NCBI GenBank assembly: GCA_038279365.1
Contig: JAYODI010000112.1
Coordinates: 1-14,537, forward strand
From: Candidatus Latescibacterota bacterium
Lineage (GTDB): Bacteria > Latescibacterota > UBA2968
Reading direction: 5' to 3'
Length of the DNA stretch: 14,537 bases
Below, one piece after another: positions 1 to 7,407 of the stretch (its first letter is position 1; the number at the start of each line of letters is the position of its first letter). Made by a program: the position numbers and the translations under genes. A model generated the notes under the pieces. It did no database searches. It was given only the letters and a program-made list of their open reading frames with translations, and had not been told where the DNA came from.

Positions 1-11
1 CGACGCTTCAT
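1..11 (-). CDS. 5' end of a gene running off the left edge (M-K-R-R...), product unknown
   Basis: The minus strand reads GAAAGGAG-TCCTCGCT-ATG AAG CGT CG: a strong Shine-Dalgarno (20-27) 8 nt upstream of an ATG at 11-9. Only 3 full codons are visible. Confidence 0.6.
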
Positions 12-145
12 AGCGAGGACTCCTTTCAAGGGTTTTCATACTTTAACTCTCCCTTCAAATTTTGTCCATTCGTTTTGGGGGGCAATATATCTGTTTTATA
101 TTGCGATAGAAGGGGGTTTGTGTATGGAGAGCACATGTGTGAGTG

Positions 146-175
146 ATATACTCTCATTGGTATATGAGAGTATAT
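146..175. repeat. Perfect 12-bp inverted repeat with a 6-nt spacer (candidate operator or hairpin)
   Basis: ATATACTCTCAT (146-157) TGGTAT ATGAGAGTATAT (164-175), in the AT-rich region upstream of the left-edge gene. Confidence 0.6.
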
Positions 176-284
176 TATGTGTTGAGCGTGATTATGAGAT
201 TATTTTAGCTTGACGTGTGTTGTCTTTTCTTATTATCAATGATTATGCTGGATGCTTTTTATTGTGATACCCGTTATGTCATCA

Positions 285-325
285 CAAACAAAACAGGCAC
301 TCACGCTATGTAACGTAAGTGCCTG
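285..325 (-). terminator. Rho-independent terminator downstream of tRNA-Thr
   Basis: Minus-strand RNA: CAGGCACUUACG-UUACAUAG-CGUGAGUGCCUG (12-bp stem with one G-U pair, 325-294) followed by UUUUGUUUG. It begins 8 nt after the tRNA CCA end. Confidence 0.8.
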
Positions 326-333
326 AAAAATAA

Positions 334-409
334 TGGAGCCACCCAGCGGACTCGAACCGCCGACCGCCTGATTACGAATCAGGTGCTCTACCAGCTGAGC
401 TAGGGTGGC
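334..409 (-). tRNA. tRNA-Thr (anticodon CGT)
   Basis: Reverse complement is GCCACCCTAGCTCAGCTGGTAGAGCACCTGATTCGTAATCAGGCGGTCGGCGGTTCGAGTCCGCTGGGTGGCTCCA (76 nt). Acceptor stem GCCACCC/GGGTGGC, D-arm GCTC/GAGC, anticodon arm CCTGA-TTCGTAA-TCAGG, T-loop GTTCGAG, encoded CCA. Confidence 0.97.
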
Positions 410-464
410 TTAAGGGTATAAATAACAGATGTTTATTTTGAAGAATGTAATGCCTTGGGAGTAA

Positions 465-493
465 AAAATACACAAAGGGTTTTGGCCTGTCAA
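465..493 (-). promoter_or_regulatory. Sigma70-type promoter for tRNA-Thr
   Basis: Minus strand: perfect -35 TTGACA (493-488), 17-nt spacer, -10 TATTTT (470-465, fits TAnnnT). The predicted start is about 50 nt upstream of the tRNA. Confidence 0.65.
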
Positions 494-518
494 GATTTAA
501 TCTTTGAAGGAGGTGGGT

Positions 519-1301
519 ATGCGTTTTGTAGTGGCAGTTGATTGCGAAGGTGTGGCCTGTGCAGTGGGCTCACCCAATGGTTCATTAAATGCGTCTCGTG
601 ACTTGGGTTTTGCTCAGTTACAAGCCACGCGAGAAGCCGATGCGGCTGTGCGGGGGTTGTTTGAGGCGGGAGCAGAGCAAGTGATTGTATGGGATAATCA
701 CAATGGCAGTTTGAATTTGAAATATGATTTGTTGGATGAACGGTGCGATGTGGCTTTGGGTGTGGGTTTTAAGCATCGATTTGAGTGGATGGACAAAGGT
801 TTTGACGGCATTGCATTGATTGGTTATCACGCAATGGACAATACGGTGGATGGGGTGATGTGCCATTCATTTAGTTCGGCAACCTATCAGTATATGAAGG
901 TGAATGGCAAAGAAGTGGGCGAAATGGCCATTGATGCCGCTATGGCGGGTGAGAAGGGGGTGCCCATTATTTTTGTGTCGAGTGATGATAAGGGTACTGC
1001 AGAGGCAGAGGCATTTTTCCCAGGTGTGGAAACGGTGACGACCAAACAAGCGATGGGATGGAATTGTGCGGTAAGCAAACATCCCAAACGTGCAGTGAAC
1101 GAAATTTATGAAGGTGTGCAAAAGGCTGTGGTAAAACGGAAAGAGATTGCCCCTTTCACATTTGGCTCACCCTTAGAATTTGAAATTCGATTTAAACGAT
1201 TGGAACGTGCCGAGTCGGCCAGTCGTGGATATAAATGTGCGGAGCGCATTGATCCATATACGGTGCGGTATCAACTCAATGGCATTGGTGACTATTTTTA
1301 A
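519..1301 (+). CDS. M55 family metallopeptidase (DppA/D-aminopeptidase-like), copy 1
   Basis: Motifs VDCEG (DxEG), WDNHNG, IGYHA, MCHSF and GEMAI match the di-zinc ligand pattern of M55. Start placed at ATG 519 after SD AAGGAGGT (507-514); 260 aa. Confidence 0.9.
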   Translation: MRFVVAVDCEGVACAVGSPNGSLNASRDLGFAQLQATREADAAVRGLFEAGAEQVIVWDNHNGSLNLKYDLLDERCDVALGVGFKHRFEWMDKGFDGIALIGYHAMDNTVDGVMCHSFSSATYQYMKVNGKEVGEMAIDAAMAGEKGVPIIFVSSDDKGTAEAEAFFPGVETVTTKQAMGWNCAVSKHPKRAVNEIYEGVQKAVVKRKEIAPFTFGSPLEFEIRFKRLERAESASRGYKCAERIDPYTVRYQLNGIGDYF

Positions 1302-1339
1302 GTTGTGAATAACAGGGTTGTGTTTGTTGGAGGCTTCAA

Positions 1340-2695
1340 ATGATGAAATATGTGTGGGTTTTTGTGATGGTTGGGTTTGTGATGGTTGGCATAGGAGAAG
1401 CGCAAAAGATAAAAGCATTTCCTGAAGCTGAAGGGTTTGGTGCTTATGCCATAGGTGGGCGCGGTGGCAAATTGTTTATGGTGACAACGCTTGAAGATTA
1501 TGGCCAAGACGAATCGCCCATTGCAGGTAGTTTGCGTGAAGCGATTGAGGCCGAAGGCCCACGCATGGTGTTGTTTCGGGTGGGGGGCATTATCGAACTG
1601 AAAGCTCCATTGGTGGTACGTCATCCTTATTTGACATTGGCTGGACATGTGGCTCCTTGGCAGGGGATTTGTTTGAAGAATTATGGGTTTCAAATTCGTG
1701 AGACACACGATGTGGTGGTGCGTTATTTGCGCGTGCGCCCAGGCGATGAGATGGGCAAAGAGACAGATGCCATATCGGTTTATAAATCTAAAAATGTGAT
1801 TTTGGATCATTGTTCGGCCAGTTGGGGAACCGATGAAACTTTGTCGGTCACGGGGGCAGGCACAGACAGTGTGACGGTGCAATGGTGTTTTATTGCTGAG
1901 AGCTTGAATCAATCGGTACATGCAAAAGGAGCACATGGATATGGGTCGCTGATTCGTGCAGATGGCCGCATTTCATTTCATCACAATTTATATGCACACC
2001 ATGTGACACGTTGCCCACGGCCTGGAACATATGGCGATCAAAGTGTGTTGTTGGATTTTCAACACAATGTTATTTACAACTGGAAAAGTATGGCGGGATA
2101 TAGCCGAGAAGATTCGGTGCGTATCAACTTGGTGGGCAACTATTATAAACCTGGCCCGGAGACCACCGATAAAAACCATATTTTTCAAATTGGTGGACAA
2201 ACCACATTGATGTATGTTGCAGATAATATATTGGAGGGGGTGGATCAGAGAGGAGATGACTGGTCTTTGATTGCTTCGGGAGGATGGTGGAACTGGGCAT
2301 TTGGATTGGATGCTTATAAATTAAAAGAACCTATTCCAGTGTCTCCCATTCGAAAGGAAAAAACCAAGGAAATGTATTATGAAGTGCTTCGATTTGCTGG
2401 GGCAAATTTGCAAATGCGCGATGCTGTAGACCGGCGTATTATGGCGGATATTGAGCGTGGTGAAGGGCGTATTATCAATTCTCAAAAAGATGTGGGGGGA
2501 TGGCCCACTTATGAATCGGCAGGATATCCTTACGATCAGGATATGGATGGTATGCCAGATCACTGGGAAAAGTTTCATGCGCTCAACCCAGAAGATGGTA
2601 CGGATCACATAAAAGATAATGATGGAGATGGTTATACCAATTTGGAAGAATTTTTAAATGGCACTGAGCCTTCAAAGGCGAATCAGTTTCATTAA
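1340..2695 (+). CDS. Secreted pectate lyase, polysaccharide lyase family 1, with C-terminal DxDxDG Ca-binding repeats
   Basis: Hydrophobic signal peptide (…GEA|Q), AFPEAEGFGAYAIGGRGG, GSLREAIE, LDHCSASWGTDE, catalytic RxPR (RCPR), and tail DQDMDGMPDHWE…DNDGDGYTNLEEFLNG. SD GGAGG at 1329-1333. Confidence 0.9.
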   Translation: MMKYVWVFVMVGFVMVGIGEAQKIKAFPEAEGFGAYAIGGRGGKLFMVTTLEDYGQDESPIAGSLREAIEAEGPRMVLFRVGGIIELKAPLVVRHPYLTLAGHVAPWQGICLKNYGFQIRETHDVVVRYLRVRPGDEMGKETDAISVYKSKNVILDHCSASWGTDETLSVTGAGTDSVTVQWCFIAESLNQSVHAKGAHGYGSLIRADGRISFHHNLYAHHVTRCPRPGTYGDQSVLLDFQHNVIYNWKSMAGYSREDSVRINLVGNYYKPGPETTDKNHIFQIGGQTTLMYVADNILEGVDQRGDDWSLIASGGWWNWAFGLDAYKLKEPIPVSPIRKEKTKEMYYEVLRFAGANLQMRDAVDRRIMADIERGEGRIINSQKDVGGWPTYESAGYPYDQDMDGMPDHWEKFHALNPEDGTDHIKDNDGDGYTNLEEFLNGTEPSKANQFH

Positions 2696-2728
2696 AATGG
2701 GTGTCGGGGCACCTGTTAGGAGATGTAA

Positions 2729-3646
2729 ATGATTGACCTTGCTAAAGGTGTTTGGCCAGTTATGTTGACACCCTTTACAGCAGATGGTGCAATTGATTGG
2801 CATGGTGTAGATGCTCTGACCGATTGGTATATAGAGTCGGGTGTGTCGGGGCTTTTTGCTGTTTGTGCGTCCAGTGAGATGTATCATTTGACAGAAGGTG
2901 AGCGTTATGCGCTTGCTCGTTGTGTCGTAAAACGGGCCAATGGTCGTGTGCCTGTGGTGGCATCGGGTACATTTGGTGGTGCCATGGATTTGCAATCTGA
3001 AACCGTTATGAAAACGGCTGAAACGGGTGTGGATGCGGTGGTTGCATTGGTGTGTCAAATTGTGCCGCAAGAAGCATCGGATGCGCAGTGGCAACAGGAA
3101 ATGGAACGTTTGCTGGATTTGACGGGAGATATTCCTATTGGGGTGTATGAATGCCCAGGGCCTTATCACAGATTGTTGTCTGCTGACATGTTGGGCTGGT
3201 GTGCTTCTACAGGGCGTTTCTGTTTTATTAAAGATACATCTTGTGATATGGATTTGATTGGGCCAAAGCTGGCAGCTATAGAAGGGGCGGCATTGCGGTT
3301 TTATAATGCCAATACACCGACATTGTTGGATTCGCTTTTTGCTGGTGGTGACGGTTATTGTGGCACGGCTGCAAACTTTTACCCAGACTTGTTTGCATGG
3401 ATGTGTCGGTATTTTGAGAATGAACCTGAACTCGCGGCTGATGTGCAGCGTTTTTTAAGCGTGGCCAACAAAGTGGCAGGGCACAAATACAAATCTTCTG
3501 CAAAATTATATTTGTCGATGTTGGGGCTTCCAATTTTGCCTGTATGTCGGGATAAAAAAGAGACTTTTAAAGCGGAAGATTATGTAACCTTAAAACATTT
3601 GATGGAATTTGCAGATACACAACGCAGTATGTTGGGGTTGTTATGA
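2729..3646 (+). CDS. Dihydrodipicolinate synthase / N-acetylneuraminate lyase superfamily aldolase or dehydratase (substrate unknown)
   Basis: GVWPVMLTPF…GAID, AVCASSEMYHLT.GER, GRVPVVASG, YECP, Schiff-base Lys in IKDTS, GGDGYCG. SD AGGAG upstream. Confidence 0.85.
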   Translation: MIDLAKGVWPVMLTPFTADGAIDWHGVDALTDWYIESGVSGLFAVCASSEMYHLTEGERYALARCVVKRANGRVPVVASGTFGGAMDLQSETVMKTAETGVDAVVALVCQIVPQEASDAQWQQEMERLLDLTGDIPIGVYECPGPYHRLLSADMLGWCASTGRFCFIKDTSCDMDLIGPKLAAIEGAALRFYNANTPTLLDSLFAGGDGYCGTAANFYPDLFAWMCRYFENEPELAADVQRFLSVANKVAGHKYKSSAKLYLSMLGLPILPVCRDKKETFKAEDYVTLKHLMEFADTQRSMLGLL

Positions 3647-4989
3647 GGGTGACCACAGATCGCACATTGGATTTTCATGATTTGGATGCACTTGCAAAAA
3701 GTATTGTGCATACGGGCATGTCTCATGAAGAAAAAGCATTGGCATGTTTTGATGTGGTGCGGTGGGCTATGTTTCAATATCCGTGGGTTTATAATGTGCA
3801 AGAACGCCGCGAAGAGTGGCACGATGCAACGAAGTTGTTGAATGTGTATGGGCATGGCTTGTGTGGGGTGCAAGCACGTACATTGGGTGCATTGTATCAG
3901 AAGGTTTTTGGATATGAAAACCAACGACTAATTGGTGTGAATGAATGTCATCCCGGAGATTGGGAATTGGAAAAGGATGCCGGTGCCTTTGTATTTTCAT
4001 TAATGCAGAAGAATTATGCACCCCAAAATCCGTCGGGGCACTCTTGTGTGGAGGTTTTTTATGATGGGCGTTGGCATCATTTAGACCCTATGGTGGGGTT
4101 TTATTGTTACACCCGTGACGGGCGGCATATTGCGTCTTTGGAAGAGACACTTGCTGATCCTACCTTGGTGACGAAACCCAGCCGAAAGATAAAGGGGTTG
4201 ATGCCAGATGGTGATATTGGAAAGGTGTTTTATCACTCTCGATTTGCAGACTGGGGGCCAGGGCCAGGATATTTTATGGTGATGGATACACGCATGGATG
4301 TGTCTTTGCAAAAAGGGCAATTGGTAACGTATTTTTGGGAGCGGGAACACCAACAGTTTTATTGGCCAGAGATTTGGGCACAACGATTTGTGCACGCGTA
4401 TTTTGACGATGGCCCCAGACACCCCAATGTAGAAGAAGGTAAATGGCGTCATTATGGCAATGGCACCTTTCAAACGGTGAAAGATCGGGTTGGGGAAGGA
4501 GAATCTGTGGCGATGCCTTTTCCGTATGTGTTGGTGGGGGGGACTTTGGAGTTTGATGCCGGTTTACGCACGCACACGGTTTGTTTGACATGTCAAAAAG
4601 AAGATGTATGCGAGGTTGTAATACCTGTTCGTTCGGGTAAAAATAAAATTGATCTGCGCGATTTTGTAATGGGTGGATATCATCTTGCCATACGTCCTGT
4701 GGGGGATGCTATTGGTCTGGTGAATGTGACTTTGCATTTTCAACACAACTTTATAACGCGCCCCCGTTTGTTGTCTGGTGAAAATGTGGTGATGGTGTCT
4801 GATGAGGGTGTTGATCCATTGGATGTGATTTGGGAGTGGGAGGAGGCGGGGGGGAAACGTTGTCAAGATGTGCGGTGTGTAAAACCACAAGAACCATATG
4901 TTGTTTCTGTGGGTGAATTGGATTTTAAACCTTCGGAAAATCCCAAGTATATGAAACGGCTTGAGGTTCGACACCATAACATGGGCTAA
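3643..4989 (+). CDS. Hypothetical protein with a transglutaminase-like (Cys-His-Asp) catalytic core
   Basis: GLCG (Cys74), GHSCVEVFYDGRWHHLDP (His133, Asp148), preceded by an EEKALA helix. The ATGA overlap with the upstream stop suggests translational coupling. No signal peptide. Confidence 0.75.
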   Translation: MRVTTDRTLDFHDLDALAKSIVHTGMSHEEKALACFDVVRWAMFQYPWVYNVQERREEWHDATKLLNVYGHGLCGVQARTLGALYQKVFGYENQRLIGVNECHPGDWELEKDAGAFVFSLMQKNYAPQNPSGHSCVEVFYDGRWHHLDPMVGFYCYTRDGRHIASLEETLADPTLVTKPSRKIKGLMPDGDIGKVFYHSRFADWGPGPGYFMVMDTRMDVSLQKGQLVTYFWEREHQQFYWPEIWAQRFVHAYFDDGPRHPNVEEGKWRHYGNGTFQTVKDRVGEGESVAMPFPYVLVGGTLEFDAGLRTHTVCLTCQKEDVCEVVIPVRSGKNKIDLRDFVMGGYHLAIRPVGDAIGLVNVTLHFQHNFITRPRLLSGENVVMVSDEGVDPLDVIWEWEEAGGKRCQDVRCVKPQEPYVVSVGELDFKPSENPKYMKRLEVRHHNMG

Positions 4990-5004
4990 AAATTTGGAGT
5001 TTAC

Positions 5005-5469
5005 ATGGATAGGATTGTGGTGAGAAAGGGCAGGCCTGAAGATGCGTTGATCATTGCAGACTTTCAAGTGCATATGGCAGAGGAGACGGAGCATATAGCC
5101 CTGGACAAGACGGTGGTAGAAAAAGGTGTTCAAGCTGTTTTTGATGATCCTTCTAAGGGCGCATATTGGGTTGCTGAATCTGGCAAACAAGTTGTGGGGT
5201 GTTTGCTCACGGTGCCTGAGTGGAGTGATTGGCGCAATGGCACCGTTTTGTGGATACATTCGGTGTATGTGGTGCCTGAAGCACGTCGATTGGGTGTGTA
5301 TCGGGAGATGTATACCCAGCTAAAATCAGAAGTGGAAACATCTGATCATTTGCGTGGTTTAAGATTGTATGTTGAAAAAGAAAATGAACGTGCACAAGAA
5401 GTGTATCGGGCAATGGGCATGGATGACACGCGGTATCATTTGTTTGAGTGGATGCGTGAAGGTTGGTAG
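5005..5469 (+). CDS. GNAT family N-acetyltransferase
   Basis: 154 aa; WIHSVYVVPEARRLGVY (acetyl-CoA motif A) and LRLYVEKENERAQEVY (motif B). SD GGAG upstream. Confidence 0.9.
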   Translation: MDRIVVRKGRPEDALIIADFQVHMAEETEHIALDKTVVEKGVQAVFDDPSKGAYWVAESGKQVVGCLLTVPEWSDWRNGTVLWIHSVYVVPEARRLGVYREMYTQLKSEVETSDHLRGLRLYVEKENERAQEVYRAMGMDDTRYHLFEWMREGW

Positions 5470-5490
5470 GTTGTGTTCAATTAAAAAATT

Positions 5491-5529
5491 AAAAAGCCCG
5501 TCTCTCCGCGTGAGAGTCGGGCTTTATTT
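5491..5529. terminator. Bidirectional Rho-independent terminator between convergent gene sets
   Basis: AAAGCCCG-T-CTCTC-CGCGT-GAGAG-T-CGGGCTTT with an A-run before and TTTATTT after. It lies between the GNAT stop (5469) and the M55 copy 2 stop (5550). Confidence 0.85.
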
Positions 5530-5549
5530 GTGACAAATAGGTGGATATG

Positions 5550-6347
5550 TTATCTATAAATGATCTTCCGAATGTCATCACTTTGAAAGCGGATGGTTTG
5601 GCCGTCTATGCGTTCGGCATCGGGTTGGTTGGCTGCGGCATCTGCAATGTCGGTAAAAAGAAACCGCTTTTCAAGTGTGTAAGGCCCTGGCCATTCAAGG
5701 GGGGGGATTGGGTTTTGGCGGTGGTTTTCGACCGCTTTTTTTATGCCTGCACGTATTTTTTTGCGTGACGCTTGTGCCGAAAGTGAAATGGCGGCATTTC
5801 GGCTTAAGCCTTTTTTAACACAGGTTGTGACGATATTGGGAATGAGGTCTTCGGCTTCTTGGCAGGCGGCTTCTTCGCCACTGAGGAATATGAGGGGCAA
5901 ACCCAATGCGCCGTTATAAAGGCCAAACTGGGCAATTTCTCCAATGAGCTTTCCGTTAAGTTTGTAATAGTCGATGTGGGTGCTGCTTTGGGTATGGTTT
6001 TGGTTGCTTGTGGCAACACCTGCCATGGCGTGTTGGCCGATCATAACGCAGGCATCATATTGGGCAAAAATAGGGTCGCGCACAGAACGTGGGGCACCAG
6101 GCCGCCCGTGCAAGAGTTGGGCTGCTTCGTGGATATCTTCAAACCAAAGCCCACCTGGGCCGTGGCCGTCTATGACCAAGATGTCTTCTACGCCTGCGTC
6201 AAGAAGGCCATCCACGGCGGCATTGACTTCTGCGGTGGCAAGGCGTTTGGCAAGGTCGTGATAACGGCCCGTGTTACGCGATTGATCTTCAAATGAAACG
6301 ACACCGGCTACACCTTCGATATCGGTTCCAACTACGACTTTTTTCAT
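5550..6347 (-). CDS. M55 family metallopeptidase (DppA/D-aminopeptidase-like), copy 2
   Basis: MKKVVVGTDIEGVAGV, IDGHG, IGQHA, NHTQSS, IGEIA, LSGEE. Start placed at ATG 6347 after SD GAAAGG, not at 6467, which overlaps the esterase; 265 aa. Confidence 0.9.
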   Translation of the reverse strand: MKKVVVGTDIEGVAGVVSFEDQSRNTGRYHDLAKRLATAEVNAAVDGLLDAGVEDILVIDGHGPGGLWFEDIHEAAQLLHGRPGAPRSVRDPIFAQYDACVMIGQHAMAGVATSNQNHTQSSTHIDYYKLNGKLIGEIAQFGLYNGALGLPLIFLSGEEAACQEAEDLIPNIVTTCVKKGLSRNAAISLSAQASRKKIRAGIKKAVENHRQNPIPPLEWPGPYTLEKRFLFTDIADAAANQPDAERIDGQTIRFQSDDIRKIIYR

Positions 6348-6409
6348 GGTATAACCTTTCGAACGGAAAAGACAGATCCAGATCACAACAAACAGGAATG
6401 GGTTAAATT

Positions 6410-7156
6410 TTAGATCCCCAAACTTTTGCGATGAAAAGCAATGGCTTCTTGCACGTGAATATCCCAATAGTCCCAGGTATGAGCACCTGGAAATTCTTCA
6501 TATTCGTGCGGGATTTTTAGGTGTGTTAGATGGGCATGATAATCGCGATTGGATTGCAAGAGGCCATCTTCGGTACCACAGTCTATGCGAAGGGCTGGGA
6601 GTTGGTTTTTGTCTATGTTTTCGGCGAGTTGATAGAGGCAATCTTTTCCCTCAAATGGCGCGTCTCCAAAAATTTGTGGAAATTCGATGCGCATGTCTTG
6701 ACGCACATTTTCAGGTTTTACTTTGGTAATGCCCAGAGCGCCAGAGTGTGAGACGGCAGAGCAAAAGAGATTCGGAAATTTAAGTGCCAACTTTAGTGCG
6801 CCATAACCGCCCATTGAAAGGCCACCAATAACGCGGCCTTCGCGAGATGTTATGGTGTTGAATACGCGATCTGTAAAACCGATGACATCTTGGATGATGT
6901 GGCTTTCGTAAGCGGGCCCTTCAATGGCATTGCAATAAAAACTGCGCCCACCATCGGGCATGACCACAATGATAGGAAGGTCTTGTACGTAGCGCTCGAT
7001 GCTGGTGCGGCGCATCCAAATAGAATGGTCATCGGAAAGACCGTGGAGAAGATAAAAAACGGGAAAGGGGCCATTGTGATTGTCTGGAAAGATCACATTC
7101 ATTGAACAGGCTTTGACGAGTGCGGGGCTTCGAAATTGTAAGGTACAGAAGGCCAT
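6410..7156 (-). CDS. Alpha/beta-hydrolase esterase (putative esterase / tributyrin esterase-like, possibly a carbohydrate deacetylase)
   Basis: YLLHGLSDD oxyanion region, nucleophile GLSMGG, IDCGTED (Asp) and PGAHTWDYW (His). Start placed at ATG 7156 (MAFCTL…) after SD AAGGA; 248 aa. Confidence 0.88.
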   Translation of the reverse strand: MAFCTLQFRSPALVKACSMNVIFPDNHNGPFPVFYLLHGLSDDHSIWMRRTSIERYVQDLPIIVVMPDGGRSFYCNAIEGPAYESHIIQDVIGFTDRVFNTITSREGRVIGGLSMGGYGALKLALKFPNLFCSAVSHSGALGITKVKPENVRQDMRIEFPQIFGDAPFEGKDCLYQLAENIDKNQLPALRIDCGTEDGLLQSNRDYHAHLTHLKIPHEYEEFPGAHTWDYWDIHVQEAIAFHRKSLGI

Positions 7157-7407
7157 AAATGTAGATCCTTGGGGTTTGAAATTTGATTGGTGATTGTATG
7201 GGCGCAAGTCTTGGTATTTTTAAATGGCTCATTTGTGGATATGACATCTTGTATCTTTTGAAAGATAATGTTCTGTGGAGGGAAATCAATATGATTTATG
7301 CCTGTGCAACAATTGGTTGTGATTCGTGGGTTGCCTGTGTAATTTTGAAGGGGTGGCAAAAGAGGTGTTGAAGGGTTGAAACCACGTTTTAACGAAGGGG
7401 TTAGGTT

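Noticed and set aside
210..236. TTGACG…TATTAT possible + strand promoter
   Set aside because: The spacer is only 15 nt and it would fire antisense into the tRNA.
262..287. TGTGA…TCACA resembling a CRP site
   Set aside because: The spacer is 14 nt rather than the canonical 6; kept only as a generic inverted repeat.
334..409. tRNA as attachment site of a genomic island or prophage
   Set aside because: No integrase, no duplicated tRNA 3' end and no obvious compositional break in the window; sequence beyond the left edge cannot be assessed.
1298..1936. 212-aa antisense ORF, and similar shadow ORFs such as 2672-3169, 4564-5259, 5859-6296 and 8131-8607
   Set aside because: They overlap confident genes on the other strand or frame and show no recognisable domains.
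2729..3646. Assigning the gene symbol dapA
   Set aside because: It lacks the GTTGE motif and has no lysine-pathway context; only the superfamily call is supported.
6348..6467. N-terminal extension of M55 copy 2 in the ORF track (likewise 504-518, 7157-7207 and 8383-8397 for other genes)
   Set aside because: Family homology begins at downstream ATGs that have clear SD sequences; the 6467 start would overlap the esterase.
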